From Sphaerodactylus townsendi (taxonomy: Eukaryota): 64,000 nucleotides of DNA. The stretch lies in NCBI RefSeq assembly GCF_021028975.2, contig NC_059426.1:70308001-70372000 (forward strand). The letters are read 5' to 3'. The notes below the pieces were generated by a model. It made no database searches. It was given only the letters and a program-made list of their open reading frames with translations, and had not been told where the DNA came from. This document shows positions 24,357-37,200 of this stretch, piece by piece. The position numbers and the translations under genes were made by a program. Each line of letters starts with the position of its first letter. The first letter of the stretch is position 1.

Positions 24357-25295
24357 ATGGCTGAGGGTAATCACAGTACAGTTACCAAGTTCATTTTTGT
24401 AGGCTTCACAGATGATCCACAACTAGAGCTTGCCCTCTTTGTGGTGTTCTTGTTCATCTACCTAGCAAATGTAGTAGGGAACATGGGTATGATCCTCCTG
24501 ATAATCTTGGATGGACAGCTCCACACTCCCATGTACATCTTTATCTGCCACCTCTCTATAATGGACCTGGGTTACTCCACTGCCATAGCTCCTCGTATGT
24601 TGGCTGATTTCCTACACCATCCCAAGATCATCTCTTTCTCCAGCTGTGTTCTTCAATTTGTGTTTTTTGTGGCCTTTGTGGATGCTGAATGTTACACATT
24701 AGCTGCCATGGCATATGATCGTTATGCGGCGATATGCCGTCCTCTCCATTATACCACAGTCATGTCAAAGAAAGTATGTGTGGTACTGGGGATTTTTTGT
24801 TACTTCGCAGGTCTGATGAGTATGGTAGCCCATACTAGCCTCACCTTCACTTTAGAATTCTGTGGCCCCAATATCATCAACCATTTCTTCTGTGAAATCC
24901 CTCCACTTATAGCATTATCTTGCTCTGACACTTCTATCAGTGAAATTCTCCTCTTTTTCTTCTGTGGAGTCAATGAGATCAGCACCATCACTGTCATTCT
25001 GATCTCCTACTTCTTCATCTTTGCTGCCATTTTGAGGATCCATTCTGCTGAGGGTCGACGCAAAGCCTTCTCCACCTGTGCTTCCCATCTGACTGGAGTC
25101 ATACTTTTTTATGGGACAGTCATGTTTATGTATCTGAGACCACCTTCCAGCTATTCATTAGACCAGGACAAATGGGCCTCTGTGTTCTACACACTAGTGA
25201 ATCCTGCACTGAACCCCCTAATCTACAGTCTGAGAAACAAAGACGTGAAGGAGGCTTTTCGAAGAGTCATCAGCAAAACTGTGTTTTCAAAATAA
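24357..25295 (+). CDS. Olfactory receptor, OR5AR1-like paralogue, 312 aa
   Basis: True start taken as MAEGNHST at 24357; the ORF-track start is an upstream GTG. All OR motifs are intact ([38 protein letters not shown]). Closely similar to the gene at 30351. Confidence 0.95.
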   Translation: MAEGNHSTVTKFIFVGFTDDPQLELALFVVFLFIYLANVVGNMGMILLIILDGQLHTPMYIFICHLSIMDLGYSTAIAPRMLADFLHHPKIISFSSCVLQFVFFVAFVDAECYTLAAMAYDRYAAICRPLHYTTVMSKKVCVVLGIFCYFAGLMSMVAHTSLTFTLEFCGPNIINHFFCEIPPLIALSCSDTSISEILLFFFCGVNEISTITVILISYFFIFAAILRIHSAEGRRKAFSTCASHLTGVILFYGTVMFMYLRPPSSYSLDQDKWASVFYTLVNPALNPLIYSLRNKDVKEAFRRVISKTVFSK

Positions 25296-26900
25296 TATGG
25301 GAGGGAAGGGGTCCCATCATCTGGTCACGACCCACACACCCTGGTAGGATGGATAGGGAGGGGGAAAGGGGAAGGGGGGGCATAATCTGGTTTTAACTAT
25401 GTTAGTGGATATAGGTGTGCAAAAACGAACTCTTGTCTACAATGGCTCACAGATCATTGCTTCTGTTAAAACTTGTTTTTCTTTCTACATTCTAAGATAG
25501 TAATGGACAAAGGTCAAAGGTGACACACCACACCATTTTCAGTGACATATCAGCATTCACCAAAATCCAGAAACTATTCTCCCTGTTTGAGTCATTTTTG
25601 TAATTATTTGAAGTTTCTTTGTATAATATACAGCACCACACATGATTGGACTGTATTTTAAAAAAATAAATGAATAGGGATTCCTGAAAAATATTGTTTC
25701 TCTTTTGTTTGTTTTTTGGTTTTTTTGGGGTGGGGGGAGGAATTGACACACAAGCAGTGTCAAGTTAGTCATTTTCTGAATTTTTGACACTGAGACCAAA
25801 AGGTTTGCCATCACTTCTCTAAGGACAATAAATCTTTTAAATGGGAAAATGTATTGTGTATGATGTAATAATATAAGATGGCTAATGAAGAACCATTATT
25901 ATGTGTTCAGCATGGAAAAATATGGTTTAAGTATGGAAAAATATGATTAGTATTAGCCATCATAATTAAATGAAACTACTAGCTGCAGGGGGAAAGTACT
26001 TCTGGAGAAAAACAGCATAGGAAACTTGTTTTCACAGTTTTGCCATTGTTCCATTAAGACTACAAGGAGCTTTGATTGTACTTAACAGGTCTCTGCTTAC
26101 ATTTTAAGATTTAAGCATATATCAGATATTTATCTTATGTGAGGTGAATTTCCCTCAAAATACATTAAACACCCCCCATATATATATTAAACACACACAC
26201 CCATATATTTGGCTCTGTTACAACTATATATATATGGCTCTGTTACAACTATGGGAAAATGTCTCCCGCAATGATTCCATGTGCTTTGAAGGGATAATAT
26301 ACTACAATAGCTTCAGATATGGGAATAGACATGATTTGTTTGTTTTTTGGCTATCCTTTCATGGATGGGCTCGGTGTACAATGAAACAATTTCAATAATA
26401 AAATCAATAAAACCAATACATACATTCTCACAACATCATGGTGCCATTTATAATACCCTAAGGATAAACACAACAATTCCACCCTCTACAAAACCCAATA
26501 CATTCATAAATCAATTCCAGGGGGGAGGATAACATATAATACCACCATTAAAGGTGCGCACTTCAAAATATTTCATATTTGTTTTGTTTCAGGATTTTGG
26601 AGAAAGCATATAAAGGGGAAACAGAGGGGGGCAGATAACTCAGACACCACTTTCAAGGGTCAGGTGGGGGTACATTAGACTGATCCCTCCTGCCCTCCCC
26701 CCAAGGTGTAAGCAGAACTTGGTGGGGCAGCAGTGACAGTTAGCACCTTCCCATGGTCCTGCCTTTGGGCTATCTTTTAAGTTATGGCGAGCATTTGTAA
26801 AATTTTGATTTTTAACTGTAATGTAGGTTTAACATGCTGTTACTGCCCTGAGCCCTTCTGGGATAGGCAGGATATAAAACTAAAACTAAAAATAAATTTT

Positions 26901-26988
26901 AATTTTTTAACAGCATACCCATGAGCCTTTGCTAAACATGCAAATTAATAATATGCAAAGGCTCATGGATATGCTGTTTAAAAAAATT
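26901..26988. repeat. Inverted repeat, ~32-bp arms, directly after an L2-type 3' tail
   Basis: AATTTTTTAACAGCATACCCATGAGCCTTTGC ... GCAAAGGCTCATGGATATGCTGTTTAAAAAAATT. Confidence 0.85.
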
Positions 26989-27414
26989 AATTCATTACCT
27001 TTTTTTTAAACGCACAGAGCTAGTGGGGCTGTGTGCAGCCTGGGCATCTGAAGCACTCGTGTCTGGCCTGGCAGGGGAGCGTGGCTATGTGGGGGGCCAT
27101 CTTGTGCCCCCCATGTGACCTACAATGTTAGCACCCAGGACAAATGTACCCAGACGTTCCCATTATAGCTACACCACTGGTGCCGACCCTCCAGAGCATT
27201 CATTTTCTCCAGGAGAACTGATTTCTATAGTCTGAAGATGAGTTGTAATTCTGAGGTATTCACAGTTCCCACCTAGAGGCTGGCATTCCTACACTGCACC
27301 TGTGCTTCCTACCCAGGCCTACAAAAAGAAACATGAGCACAGCAGCACCCAGCTTTGTCCTATGCAGCACCTTAATTGTCCTCCATTGTGCCCAGGCCAG
27401 CAATAAAGAGCACA

Positions 27415-27700
27415 GGCACAGTGTGGCTTAGTGGCTAAGAGTGGTGGAAAACCGAGTTTGATTCTCCACTCTTCCACATGAGCAGTGAACTCTAATCTGG
27501 TGAACCAGATTTGTTTCCTCACTCCTACACATGAAGTCTGCTAGGGGACCTTGGGTTAGTCACAGTTCTTTCAGAACTCTCTCAGCCCCACCAACCTCAC
27601 AAAGTGCCTATTGTGAGGAGAGGACAGGAAGGAGTTTGGAAGCTGCTTTGAGACTCCTTTTGGTTAAGAAAAGCAGTGTATAAATTCAAACTCTTCTTTT
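27415..27700 (+). mobile_element. tRNA-derived SINE
   Basis: A-box-like TGGCTTAGTGG and B-box-like GAGTTTGATTCT, body GACCTTGGGTTAGTCAC..CTCTCAGCCCCACC.ACCTCACA, and a LINE-like 3' end ..AAAGCAGTGTATAAAT. Confidence 0.7.
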
Positions 27701-30350
27701 TGCACAGTGGCACTTCATTCCCATCCCTACAACTGTGAGGCCAGTTAAGAGGAGCATGGGCACAGCAGTGCCCAGCTTCATCCTCTGGCAGAAGTGTCAG
27801 TGTTTCCTCTTACCATTCCCACCTTTCCCAGGAAAAAGCAGGAGTGCTGGCACAATACGACTGATGCGGAGAATAGGGACAGCAGTACCTGGCCTTGACT
27901 GCCAGTATGGGATTGATGTAACCCGTAAGGAAGAGCATGGCATAAGATTGTCAATCTCAAAATAGGAATCCCAGAATTATAGCTAATCTCCATACTACGG
28001 ACATCAATTCCCCTGCAGAAAATGGCAGCTTCACAAAGTAGACTGTATAGCATTGCATCCTGGCTGAGCTTCCTCCCCTCTCCAAACTCTAGCCTCCCTA
28101 GTCTCTACCACTAAAATTCCAGAAATGTCTAATTCAGATTTGGCCACTCTATTTCCTGTATTCCTCTCCACTGACCCCACCTACCATTCCCAAGATGGTG
28201 AGGAGGAGCAAAAGACCAACAGCATGTGACTTCACCTGGGTCATCTGTGGCATAGTGTGTCTGGAGAGGAGAAAAATGGCAGTGCCTGTCTTTGCCATTC
28301 TGGATCATGCAAAGTGCAGCCAGCAAGGAATAATGCAGTGGTACCTCCTTTATCTCCAGCTGTTTTACCTGCCATAAGATGAGGGGGGCATGGCGCCAGT
28401 TGAGGCTAAGGCTGTGGGAAGGTGTGTGGCTTTTTTCTAGGGTTGGCAACTCCACATCAGGAAATTCCTGGATATTGGGGGGTGGGACCTGGTTGTGGAA
28501 AATAGAAATTATCAGCCAAAGCTTCTAGTACTAAAAGTGTGGGATAATGACCTAGAGGATCTGGGTTCAAATTGTCACTCTGCCATGAAGTTCACTGGAT
28601 GACATTGGACCAATCATATCCTCTCTGTCCAATCTGACAGTGGAAAAAATGTACTAGACAGATAGTACCATGCAGTGGCCCTAATCCCATCTAACACCAC
28701 AGTCACCAAAATAGCTGCAAAGCATTGTTGAAGGGAGTAAGGTTGTATAAAACTGATTTGTTTGTAATACAGATATGCCAAGACAACACATAGAAAGTGG
28801 TATCAGTTTTACACCAAATGAAATCTGGTGTAAATGGCTTTGAATGGAGTGCTTTTGAATCACAAGTAGAAACACAGAACATTTTCTAAGGAAGGACTGT
28901 ATATTTGGCAAGGATAATCACTGGGCATTCTTTTGAGGATTGAGCCAGTGCCATGGATGACTTTCTGGTAGTAGTACGCAATGTTCTCGAATGGGAGGAG
29001 GGAGTTTCAGGAGAAACAGGACTTCAGAGAAACCTTTAATTAAGTCTGTAAGGATAAACAGGGCAGAACACTAGAACTGGAAATCCTTTGGGAAAGATTT
29101 CTTCTGTGAGTAGTGCAAACCTTGTCTCAGTCCACTGGGGCTCTGAACTGGATGAATAAATATCACCTCACAGATATGCCAAACAGGTCAAGTGAGTTCT
29201 CCAAACAACAGGATAAGCATCTGACAGACCCAGAGTAGGGAGTTAAGATTTCAGCCACAATTTTCAGGTAAGAATAGTTCCAAAGAAGCTAGACTTTAGA
29301 AAGTCACGATCACTGAGATTGTTCTGCAGAAATCTAGAAGAATGCAAGGCATTAAAGTATATTCTTAACAAGAAGTGAACTATGAAAAAAAGTTAAAACA
29401 AGACATCCTACTTTCCTAAGAATACCTGCCTAGTTCCCCCTTGAACATCAAGCAAGCATTTCTTTTCATTTTGACAAGCTATAGAGCAGTGTTCTTCCAA
29501 GGGCACTCTTGGAACTATGACCATCGAATGTTTAATATATTCTAAAGCAGGGAAGTCCTATATTAGTATATTTATTATCTCTTTATCAACTGGTAGAGTA
29601 AATAACACAGGGAGTCATCACAGAGTTTCTATGCCCTTATTTGTTGGCTTTTCAGGGCAAGTGTTTGGCTGCTGAGTGATACAGTATGCAGGATTAGATG
29701 GATCAGCAGAGCTAACACTGCTATCTGAATCAAATTGGTCCATGTTGCACCTGAAAAGTGTATAGCATGTAGGAAGTTGTTTACACAGGGCTCCAAATGC
29801 ATATTAGTCTCTTTGCCTGCACATCCAACCCCAATTGTTTCCAGAATGCAGTGTGACAATCTATTCAGACAAAATATATGGGGAAGGAATTATTATCTTC
29901 AAGTTTTGGTGAGAAATGAAACAGTATTGCAGAGCGAGGAAAGTAGTAGACACTGAAAGCAGGACTCACCTTTGTGTATTTTTTAATGAACCATTCTTTG
30001 TTGACATGTAAGAATAATGCATAAAATGCTTACAAGGTATATTTACTTTAAATAAGTTTAATAATTGTTAACTTTCTATAGAGTCATCACATTTAGTATA
30101 AGAATTGCTTTCTTTTCTTTAGGAACAAGCACAGAATACAATGGTTTATGCTTCAATCTAATTATAAATCAGTGGACTGGAGATTTCTGGTGAAAAGAGG
30201 ACACATTAAAAGAATAAATACTGTTGTGTCTGTCAAGCAGAGCAGCCTATCCTTGTCCTCTTCTGCATTACAAAGCATTACCTCTTGAGTGGTGATTTTT
30301 GTTTCTCGTCACACCTCAGTACTTTCACCTTTTAATCTTTTTCTCTAAGG

Positions 30351-31289
30351 ATGGATAAGGCCAATCATACCACAGTAACAGAATTCATTTTCTTGGGCTT
30401 CACAGACAATCCACAATTGGAAGTTGCCCTCTTTGTGGTGTTTTTCTTCATCTACCTGGCAGATGTGTTGGGAAATGTGGGCATGATTCTCCTGATCATC
30501 ATTGATGAGCAACTCCACACACCCATGTATTTTTTCCTTTGCCACCTCTCATTAGTGGATCTGGGGTACTCTACCGCCATTGCCCCACGTATGCTGGCAG
30601 ACTTCCTGAATCAACACAAAGTCATATCCTTCTCCAGCTGTGCCACACAATTTGCATTTTTTGTGGGCTTTGTGGATGCTGAATGCTATGTCTTAGCTGC
30701 CATGGCATATGATCGCTATGTGGCCATCTGTCGTCCTCTCCATTATACCACAGTCATGTCAAAGCAAATCTGTCTGGTACTGGTGATTGGGTCCTATGTA
30801 ATGGGTCTTATAAGCTTGGTATCCCATACCAGCTTGACTTTCAGCTTAAATTTCTGTGACTCCAACATCATCAACCACTTCTTCTGTGAGATCCCTCCAC
30901 TCCTAGCATTGTCTTGCTCTGACACCTATGTGAGTGAGATCCTCCTCTTCAGCCTCTGTGGCTTCATTGAGTTCAGCACCATCCTCATTATCCTGATCTC
31001 TTACCTCTTCATTTTTGTTGCCATCTTGAGGATTCGTTCTGCTGAGGGTAGACACAAAGCCTTCTCCACCTGTGCTTCCCATCTCACAGGAGTCACTTTG
31101 TTTTATGGGACAGTTATGTTTATGTACTTGAGGCCAACATCCAGCTACTCATTAGACCAGGACAAATGGGCCTCTGTGTTCTACACCGTTGTGATCCCAA
31201 TGCTGAATCCCCTAATCTACAGCCTGAGGAACAAAGATGTGAAGGAAGCTTTCAAAAGAGTTATCAGCAAGAAAGTTTTTTCTCAGTAA
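30351..31289 (+). CDS. OR5AR1: Olfactory receptor OR5AR1 orthologue candidate (mouse Olfr1019/Or5ar1-like), 312 aa
   Basis: Intact ORF. Long tracts [82 protein letters not shown] and [23 protein letters not shown] match mammalian OR5AR1 as I recall it. Confidence 0.95.
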   Translation: MDKANHTTVTEFIFLGFTDNPQLEVALFVVFFFIYLADVLGNVGMILLIIIDEQLHTPMYFFLCHLSLVDLGYSTAIAPRMLADFLNQHKVISFSSCATQFAFFVGFVDAECYVLAAMAYDRYVAICRPLHYTTVMSKQICLVLVIGSYVMGLISLVSHTSLTFSLNFCDSNIINHFFCEIPPLLALSCSDTYVSEILLFSLCGFIEFSTILIILISYLFIFVAILRIRSAEGRHKAFSTCASHLTGVTLFYGTVMFMYLRPTSSYSLDQDKWASVFYTVVIPMLNPLIYSLRNKDVKEAFKRVISKKVFSQ

Positions 31290-32162
31290 CATTCCCTCTA
31301 CATTATGAAAGATTTAAAGCACTGTGCAAAGAAATACAGTATATGTCTTTTGTTATATTATGGTACAAAAATGTTCTCATCTGTTGAAATCTATGTAAAA
31401 TGTAATATATTAAAAATGATGCAGCTATTTCCTGGTAATATAAAACACAAAAAAGAGAGGGAAAAGTTTCATTCCCATGAAGGATAGTGTTCTGTGTTCC
31501 GATATATGAAGATTTTTAATTCATCCCAAATTTTAAAGCAAGTCAAATATTTACTGTTAAATACTTTTTCTTTAACATTACAAAGGTTCCGGGTTTTTTT
31601 AATTAAAAAAAATTAATGATTGATTAGAAGTGGCACATTGGTTGTGTTGGATGTGTGGGGAATATCCCTGAAGTTATCTGAAGCTTAACAGTGAGTCAGA
31701 AGCAACAGACAAGGAGGAAGAATGGGATAAGTAGGCATTTAACTGGGAGGAATGGGGTAAGCAGGTACCTAACAAAGAGATTTCTTCTGCTGGAAGAAGC
31801 AGTAACTAGACATTGTGGCCAGAGCTCCAGGTCTGCCTGCAAACCATCATGCTAGATTTCCCCCCACCCACCTCTTGGCATTGCATAAAAAATTGAAAAG
31901 AATATTAACCAAGGTTCTGAGGACTAAGCTAAATAAAACTAAGTATCCAGGGAGAGGCTGGACTAATCAATCCTCCAGTCCATATAATAAAATATAATGT
32001 ATCAGAAAAGGTATACCAGGTTAGAAAAAGGTAGAAAAAATTCTATGCTGAGAACTACAGAGTGGACAGATTGGAAGGGGGACAATTGTAGCTTTATGGT
32101 TAGAGGGATCAGACGAAAATGGGAGATTCCTTCTCAGCCATGAAGCTAACTTGGTAGGTGAC

Positions 32163-34440
32163 TGTCACATAAGAGGGAGAGGATTAGCTAAAAGCCCTCT
32201 TTTCTGGGCAGCAGTCAGATCTATCCCCTCACCCCCACCCCCACTACCTTTTGTCCATCTTAAGTCCTGGAGAGATGAAGTGTTTCCTTAAATGGTGGGA
32301 GTCTACCTTTTAGAGTGAGGAATTAGCAAGAGCAGACTCTTGACTTAGCAAAAGGTCAGGCAAGCTCGGGGACTTTGTTGCATATGTATATCAAGATCAA
32401 CTTGTGCAAGAAATTCCTCAGGAGAGCAAAATAAACTTTAACAAATTTATTTAGTGATAATAGGGGTACACAAGCATACAATAGTCAAAGCAGCAGAACA
32501 CACTGGGACCCAGAATATAAGCAGTGTTGAGCGGATAGGTCGGAAATAGTAGAGGAATTGGGGGGATTCTTGGAGATAATACTGTACCAGATCCTGAAGT
32601 GACTTTGAGTTCATGAATGAGAGGGTAGCAATCTGAACTGGGTTCCAAAGAATAGAAAGCAGGTGGCATGCAGCAGCAACTGAACACCAAAGGCAAGCTC
32701 AGAAGTACTGGACACTGGGTGCTGGGAGAGGGAGCTTCTTATAGGGAAAAGGAGACTCTCAGGGTTATGCAGAGTGGCCCTTAATCTCCCAGAACAAAGA
32801 GGAGACAAAGAAAGGAGGCAGACTTCAGTCTTAAATGTTGGGTCACTAATCTAATGAGTTGAGGCATTAGCCTGATGGGCCAAGATAGGGAGTGTCTGAA
32901 ATGGGGGAATTAAAACAATAGTGTACTCCTTGGGAGTATGCTAGCCAATGGAGAGAATGGGCTCCCCCATTTTGGCACTGCACTGCTAGGCACCCCAGGG
33001 GTTGGTAGGATGAGTAGAGACACTGCTGTCTTAAAACCAGGATTCCCCCAATGCACCATGGGTTAGTCCGGTAACAGATGTATAGCAATCCACAGAAAAA
33101 GAAAAAGGTGCAAACAGTTGCTGATAACTTGTATTCTATAAAGGCAAGATCTGGAAAGAATGCATAGCATTTAAGTCAAGGCAATGTGACTAGAGTCAGT
33201 TTTCCCACCTCGGTGTGGGCCAAGAGGAGTTTCATGTTTTGCCATAAAAAGTACAACTCCTGCTGCATCTTATCCTGCTTCCATTGCCAGGCATCCGCCC
33301 CTCATTGGGGGCCCATGTTCCCACCCGAACCTGGGCTCTCCACCATTCTTGTGCTGCCAGGTCCCATTCCGGGTAGATGTACTGATCCATGGGGTGTGTG
33401 AGCCAGGTGGACTCATGCTGCCCTTTTGGCTTGGCCCCCCTGTAATCATGCAAAAGGGGGGATAGGTGGTATGGTGATTCCATACCCACATCCTCTCAGA
33501 TGCCACACCCAAAACCCCGGTATGGATTGTGCAGGTGAGGAGCAAGAGTGTCCAACTCCTTGTCCTCCTAGTCTGGACCTCTCGTAGCCTCCTAGTCTGG
33601 ATCTCTGGCCGCCCCTTCTCCTCTCTGGGAACCCTCTTCTTCCAAGGGTTACTCCGTTCCCTGGTTGGGATCGCCTGCAGTTTGATCAGGTTGCCCATTG
33701 CCATGGGTGTAGCTCCATCCATGTTGGACATGAAGCCTAGCACAGGCCATTGCTGCGAGATTCGTCTTATTGTCAAATCTTGGGTCCGGAAATAATAGAA
33801 ACTGTAGATTTGTCCTAAAGTCTTTATATGAAAGGACAATATGAAGCAAAGACTAATTTGAGGTTCCCACTCAAATCTACTGCTTATATCCCTGCTGAGC
33901 TCCTCCCCCCCCCCCCACATAGCCAAACGGCTCCTACAATTCCCACTACAAAGCACTACAAGCCTGGGAACAGTTCACACTTCCCACATGATAAGATCAG
34001 TTCTTCCAGGGCTGTCAAGGCCACCTGCCAAAGGAGAAAGAGAGCGCTAATCACCCTCAGAGTACAAAGCAATACAGAGCAATACAATTCCCCCTTGCAA
34101 TGCCCACCACCCATCAACTGACAGGCACAGGCCTGACACCCTGTCAGTCCCGAGGACAGCCCCCACGCTTGACAGGGAGGTTGAGGAGAGGAGGAGGCCT
34201 GCAGTTGTGGCAGGTGGCTCAGCTGGCGAGTCACGCCCTGGCATGCAGGAAGCTGCCGGGCGCCAGCCAGGTCCTTGAGCTTGGCCTCTCCTGCAACGCG
34301 GCACCCATACCAGAACCACGCTCACAGACTTCAGGCCCACCCGGCCCCACACTGCAGGAGAGGCCGGGCACAAGGACCTGACTGGCACCCACTGCCCCCC
34401 CCCACACGACTGGATGGTGTACACCCGGGGACATGTGACA
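32163..34440 (-). mobile_element. Degraded LTR-retroelement/ERV-like region (LTR-like segments ~32163-33076 and ~33900-34440)
   Basis: TG..CA-type termini (TGTCAC at 32163, GGTAACA at 33076, GTGACA at 34440), minus-strand TATAAG (~32740) and AATAAA (~32450). No clear TSD or pol motif. Confidence 0.35.
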
Positions 34441-34449
34441 CCATCCAAT

Positions 34450-34625
34450 TGCTGTCAAGTTTTGATGGCTACTCCTGGGGTTGTAAAGGCAAGAGATGAG
34501 CAGATGTGGCTTGCCATTGCTTACCTCTGCATAGCAGTCCATCAAAGTAGTAACCATGGCTGACCTTGATTAGCTTCCAAGATCTGATGAGATTGGACTA
34601 GCCTGGGTTATCCATGTCAGGGCAA
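34450..34625 (-). mobile_element. 5S rRNA-derived SINE
   Basis: Same family as 36990-37200: TGTCAAGT..AAGGCAAGAGA..TTGCCATTGC..AGTAGTAACCATGGCTGACCTTGATTAGCTTCCAAGATCTGATGAGAT. Confidence 0.65.
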
Positions 34626-36989
34626 CAACCCAACAGCAGAAATCTGCAGTTTATTCACTGCAGTTTTTACTCAAATTTGCATGCCTGGTGCAGCTGTTTC
34701 CCTTGGGCAAGCAACCACACCAAAAGATTATTTTCCATATTCCTCAGCATACATTATATGCAGTGTAGTGAGTTGTAGACACAGCTTGAGCAATGGCTTG
34801 TATATAGATATTGATCTGATACAATTAGGTTTGGAAATAAATATCTCCATGCTTGCACTTGAGCCCAGAGTATTTCAATGCCCAAGAAACTTCAAAGTCT
34901 TGACAAGAGAGTAGATCTTAAAAGCAGAGGAATCAGAATCCACTTTGACCTCTTTACATGTCAAATTAAGTCTGATCCTTTGGAGACACCAAATTCCCAG
35001 GTGCTTCTCCAGCTTTTCTAAACTCTATTTTTCCTCCTCCTTGTTCTTGTGGATATAGGAGTAAGGAATTATTTGTGGCAGCAATGTTTCAGCTCCAGCA
35101 GCCAGATCTGATTTCATTTGTCTTTTGAATTATCAGATATTTGCAGAACTCCAGGTAAAAATAATGCCTCTTTTCCGCTGAATTAAGGCAATTGGGGGTG
35201 GGTGGGACTTTTTTTCAGCTCATTTTTTCTGAGAAAAAGGAGAAAGTTAAAATTGTAAAGTATTTCTCAGTTTGTATAATTCAAATACCAGTAAACAAAT
35301 ACTTTGCAGATCCAAAGCAGCACAAGAGGAACATCAGTGCAGTGGATTCATGCACAGAACTTTTCAGAATGTATTACAGTGTGTACTAGTGAGAAATGAA
35401 TCCCTATTTGTTGTGCTGTGTTTACTGTGTCATTGCTCAGTTTATGCATCATTTAGCACACAAATGAATTTCTAGTAGAAGAGTTGATACAGGGTGTTCA
35501 TGTTGGAAAACAGCTGACTGTACCAAATGCTCCTGCAAATGCCAAAGCAGTGATAGCAGAGAATGGCTGTTCATGCTGCCACTGCAATCTCTAAGAATCA
35601 GCTACAATGAACAATGTCATCGTGCCACTTTGCCACATCCCACATCAGACTAAGCATATTGATTGCTCCATCATTTTAAAGGCCTTTGCACATATACCTT
35701 TCATTTAGTCCTGCTCAGCAATCTCCATCTGTTATGGTTTCGTTGGCTTCTTTCCTCCAAAATGCAATCTTAGGTGGTCACGCAGCAAGTATCACCATTA
35801 GTTGGGACACACAGACATACCAGACAGAATTAACAGGAGTCTACAATACATTGGGGTGGGGGGACTTCTGCTTGTTTTTTTAGTAATATCAATGGAGTAT
35901 GATTTAGAAAAGGGGAGCTAAGAACTCTTTCTGCAACTAAAGGAAATATCTAAATGAATGGTTTTTGTATAGAACTGGCCATCCCATTATATACAGTTGT
36001 CCAGAAACACAACTATATGGGGGTCCTCCCCAAGCAGCCTTTATCTCTGGGTCTGATCATGGGTAGTGTTCACATGTAGATGACTTCAGTATGTTAAAGT
36101 AAAGGAGTTATATCAATCTTACTGCACAAGTAAGGAATTACTCCGCAGAAGAGACTACACAATTTATTCAAACAATTGGGGCTTAATGCAGTCTCCCTAA
36201 TTATAAAAATTGAATTAAAAACAATAACATTATAACCCACATCAATCTCTTCTTAGCAGAGATTCAGATGCTGTAAATGATGTTCTGTGACAATGCTGAA
36301 CATCATACAATCATCTACCACTTGAATACTATCACAACTATGTATTACAGGGAGATGCATGGGTACCACCATTCCCTGTCTCTCCAGCAAGAAAAAAAAT
36401 GAAGTGGAAGGTCAGTTTCTGCAGTTTCTGTGTCCTCTTCTCCTCTTGAGACATTGCTGCTCATGGAAAATACAGAAATGTCAAAGCATTTATAGTACAA
36501 TGCATATTTTTTTCCAACATATTTCTTCAGAGAGATTTATCATGGTGGTGTTCATAAGATATTTGAAGAGAAGCTAAAATGCGAAATGATATTGAGAGCA
36601 ATTCATTCCACATACAGTGGTATGTTCCATAGTGCTGTTACAGTTGCTATAGTACTCATAGATTACAACGTGATTGATCATTTTTGACAGCTTTCGTATT
36701 CAGAACAGAGCTAACTTAAATATATTCATTTATTTCTCTTTTTTTCCTAAACATCCACAAAATCAAAGGGGGAAAGAGTGAGAAAAACATCTTAGCCAGC
36801 TGTAGCATCTTTTTGAGTATCATCCAGATACCAGAGCTTTGTGTGGCCAGAGGTATGACCCTTTGGCTCTCAATCCCATGGATTGCAGCCAATGTCCTTG
36901 GTGAGTCAGCTACTGAATCCCAGACAAGTCTAAAGCATAGTTTATGTTGCTTAGTTGGGCTCTTTTAGGAAAAAAAGTGGGATGTGGTA

Positions 36990-37200
36990 GTGAAAAGTTC
37001 TATCAAGTCACTGCTAACTTATGGCAACACTGTGGGATTTTCAAAACAAGACACAGAGATGTTTTGCCATTGCCTTCCTCTGTGTAGCAACCCTGGACTT
37101 CCTTGGTTGTCTCTCATTCAAGTACTAACCAGGGCTGACCCTGCTCAGCTTCTGTGACTAGAGGAGAGATGAGGCTAACCTGGCCATTCAGGTCAGGGCA
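36990..37200 (-). mobile_element. 5S rRNA-derived SINE (5S head plus RTE/Sauria-like tail)
   Basis: TCTCTCATTCAAGTACTAACCAGGGCTGACCCTGCTCAGCTTCTG is the decayed reverse complement of the 5S internal control region. Three copies occur in the window. Confidence 0.75.

Noticed and set aside
37095-37200. 5S rRNA gene
   Set aside because: Degenerate, partial and fused to a SINE body in three copies, so it is a SINE head and not a gene.
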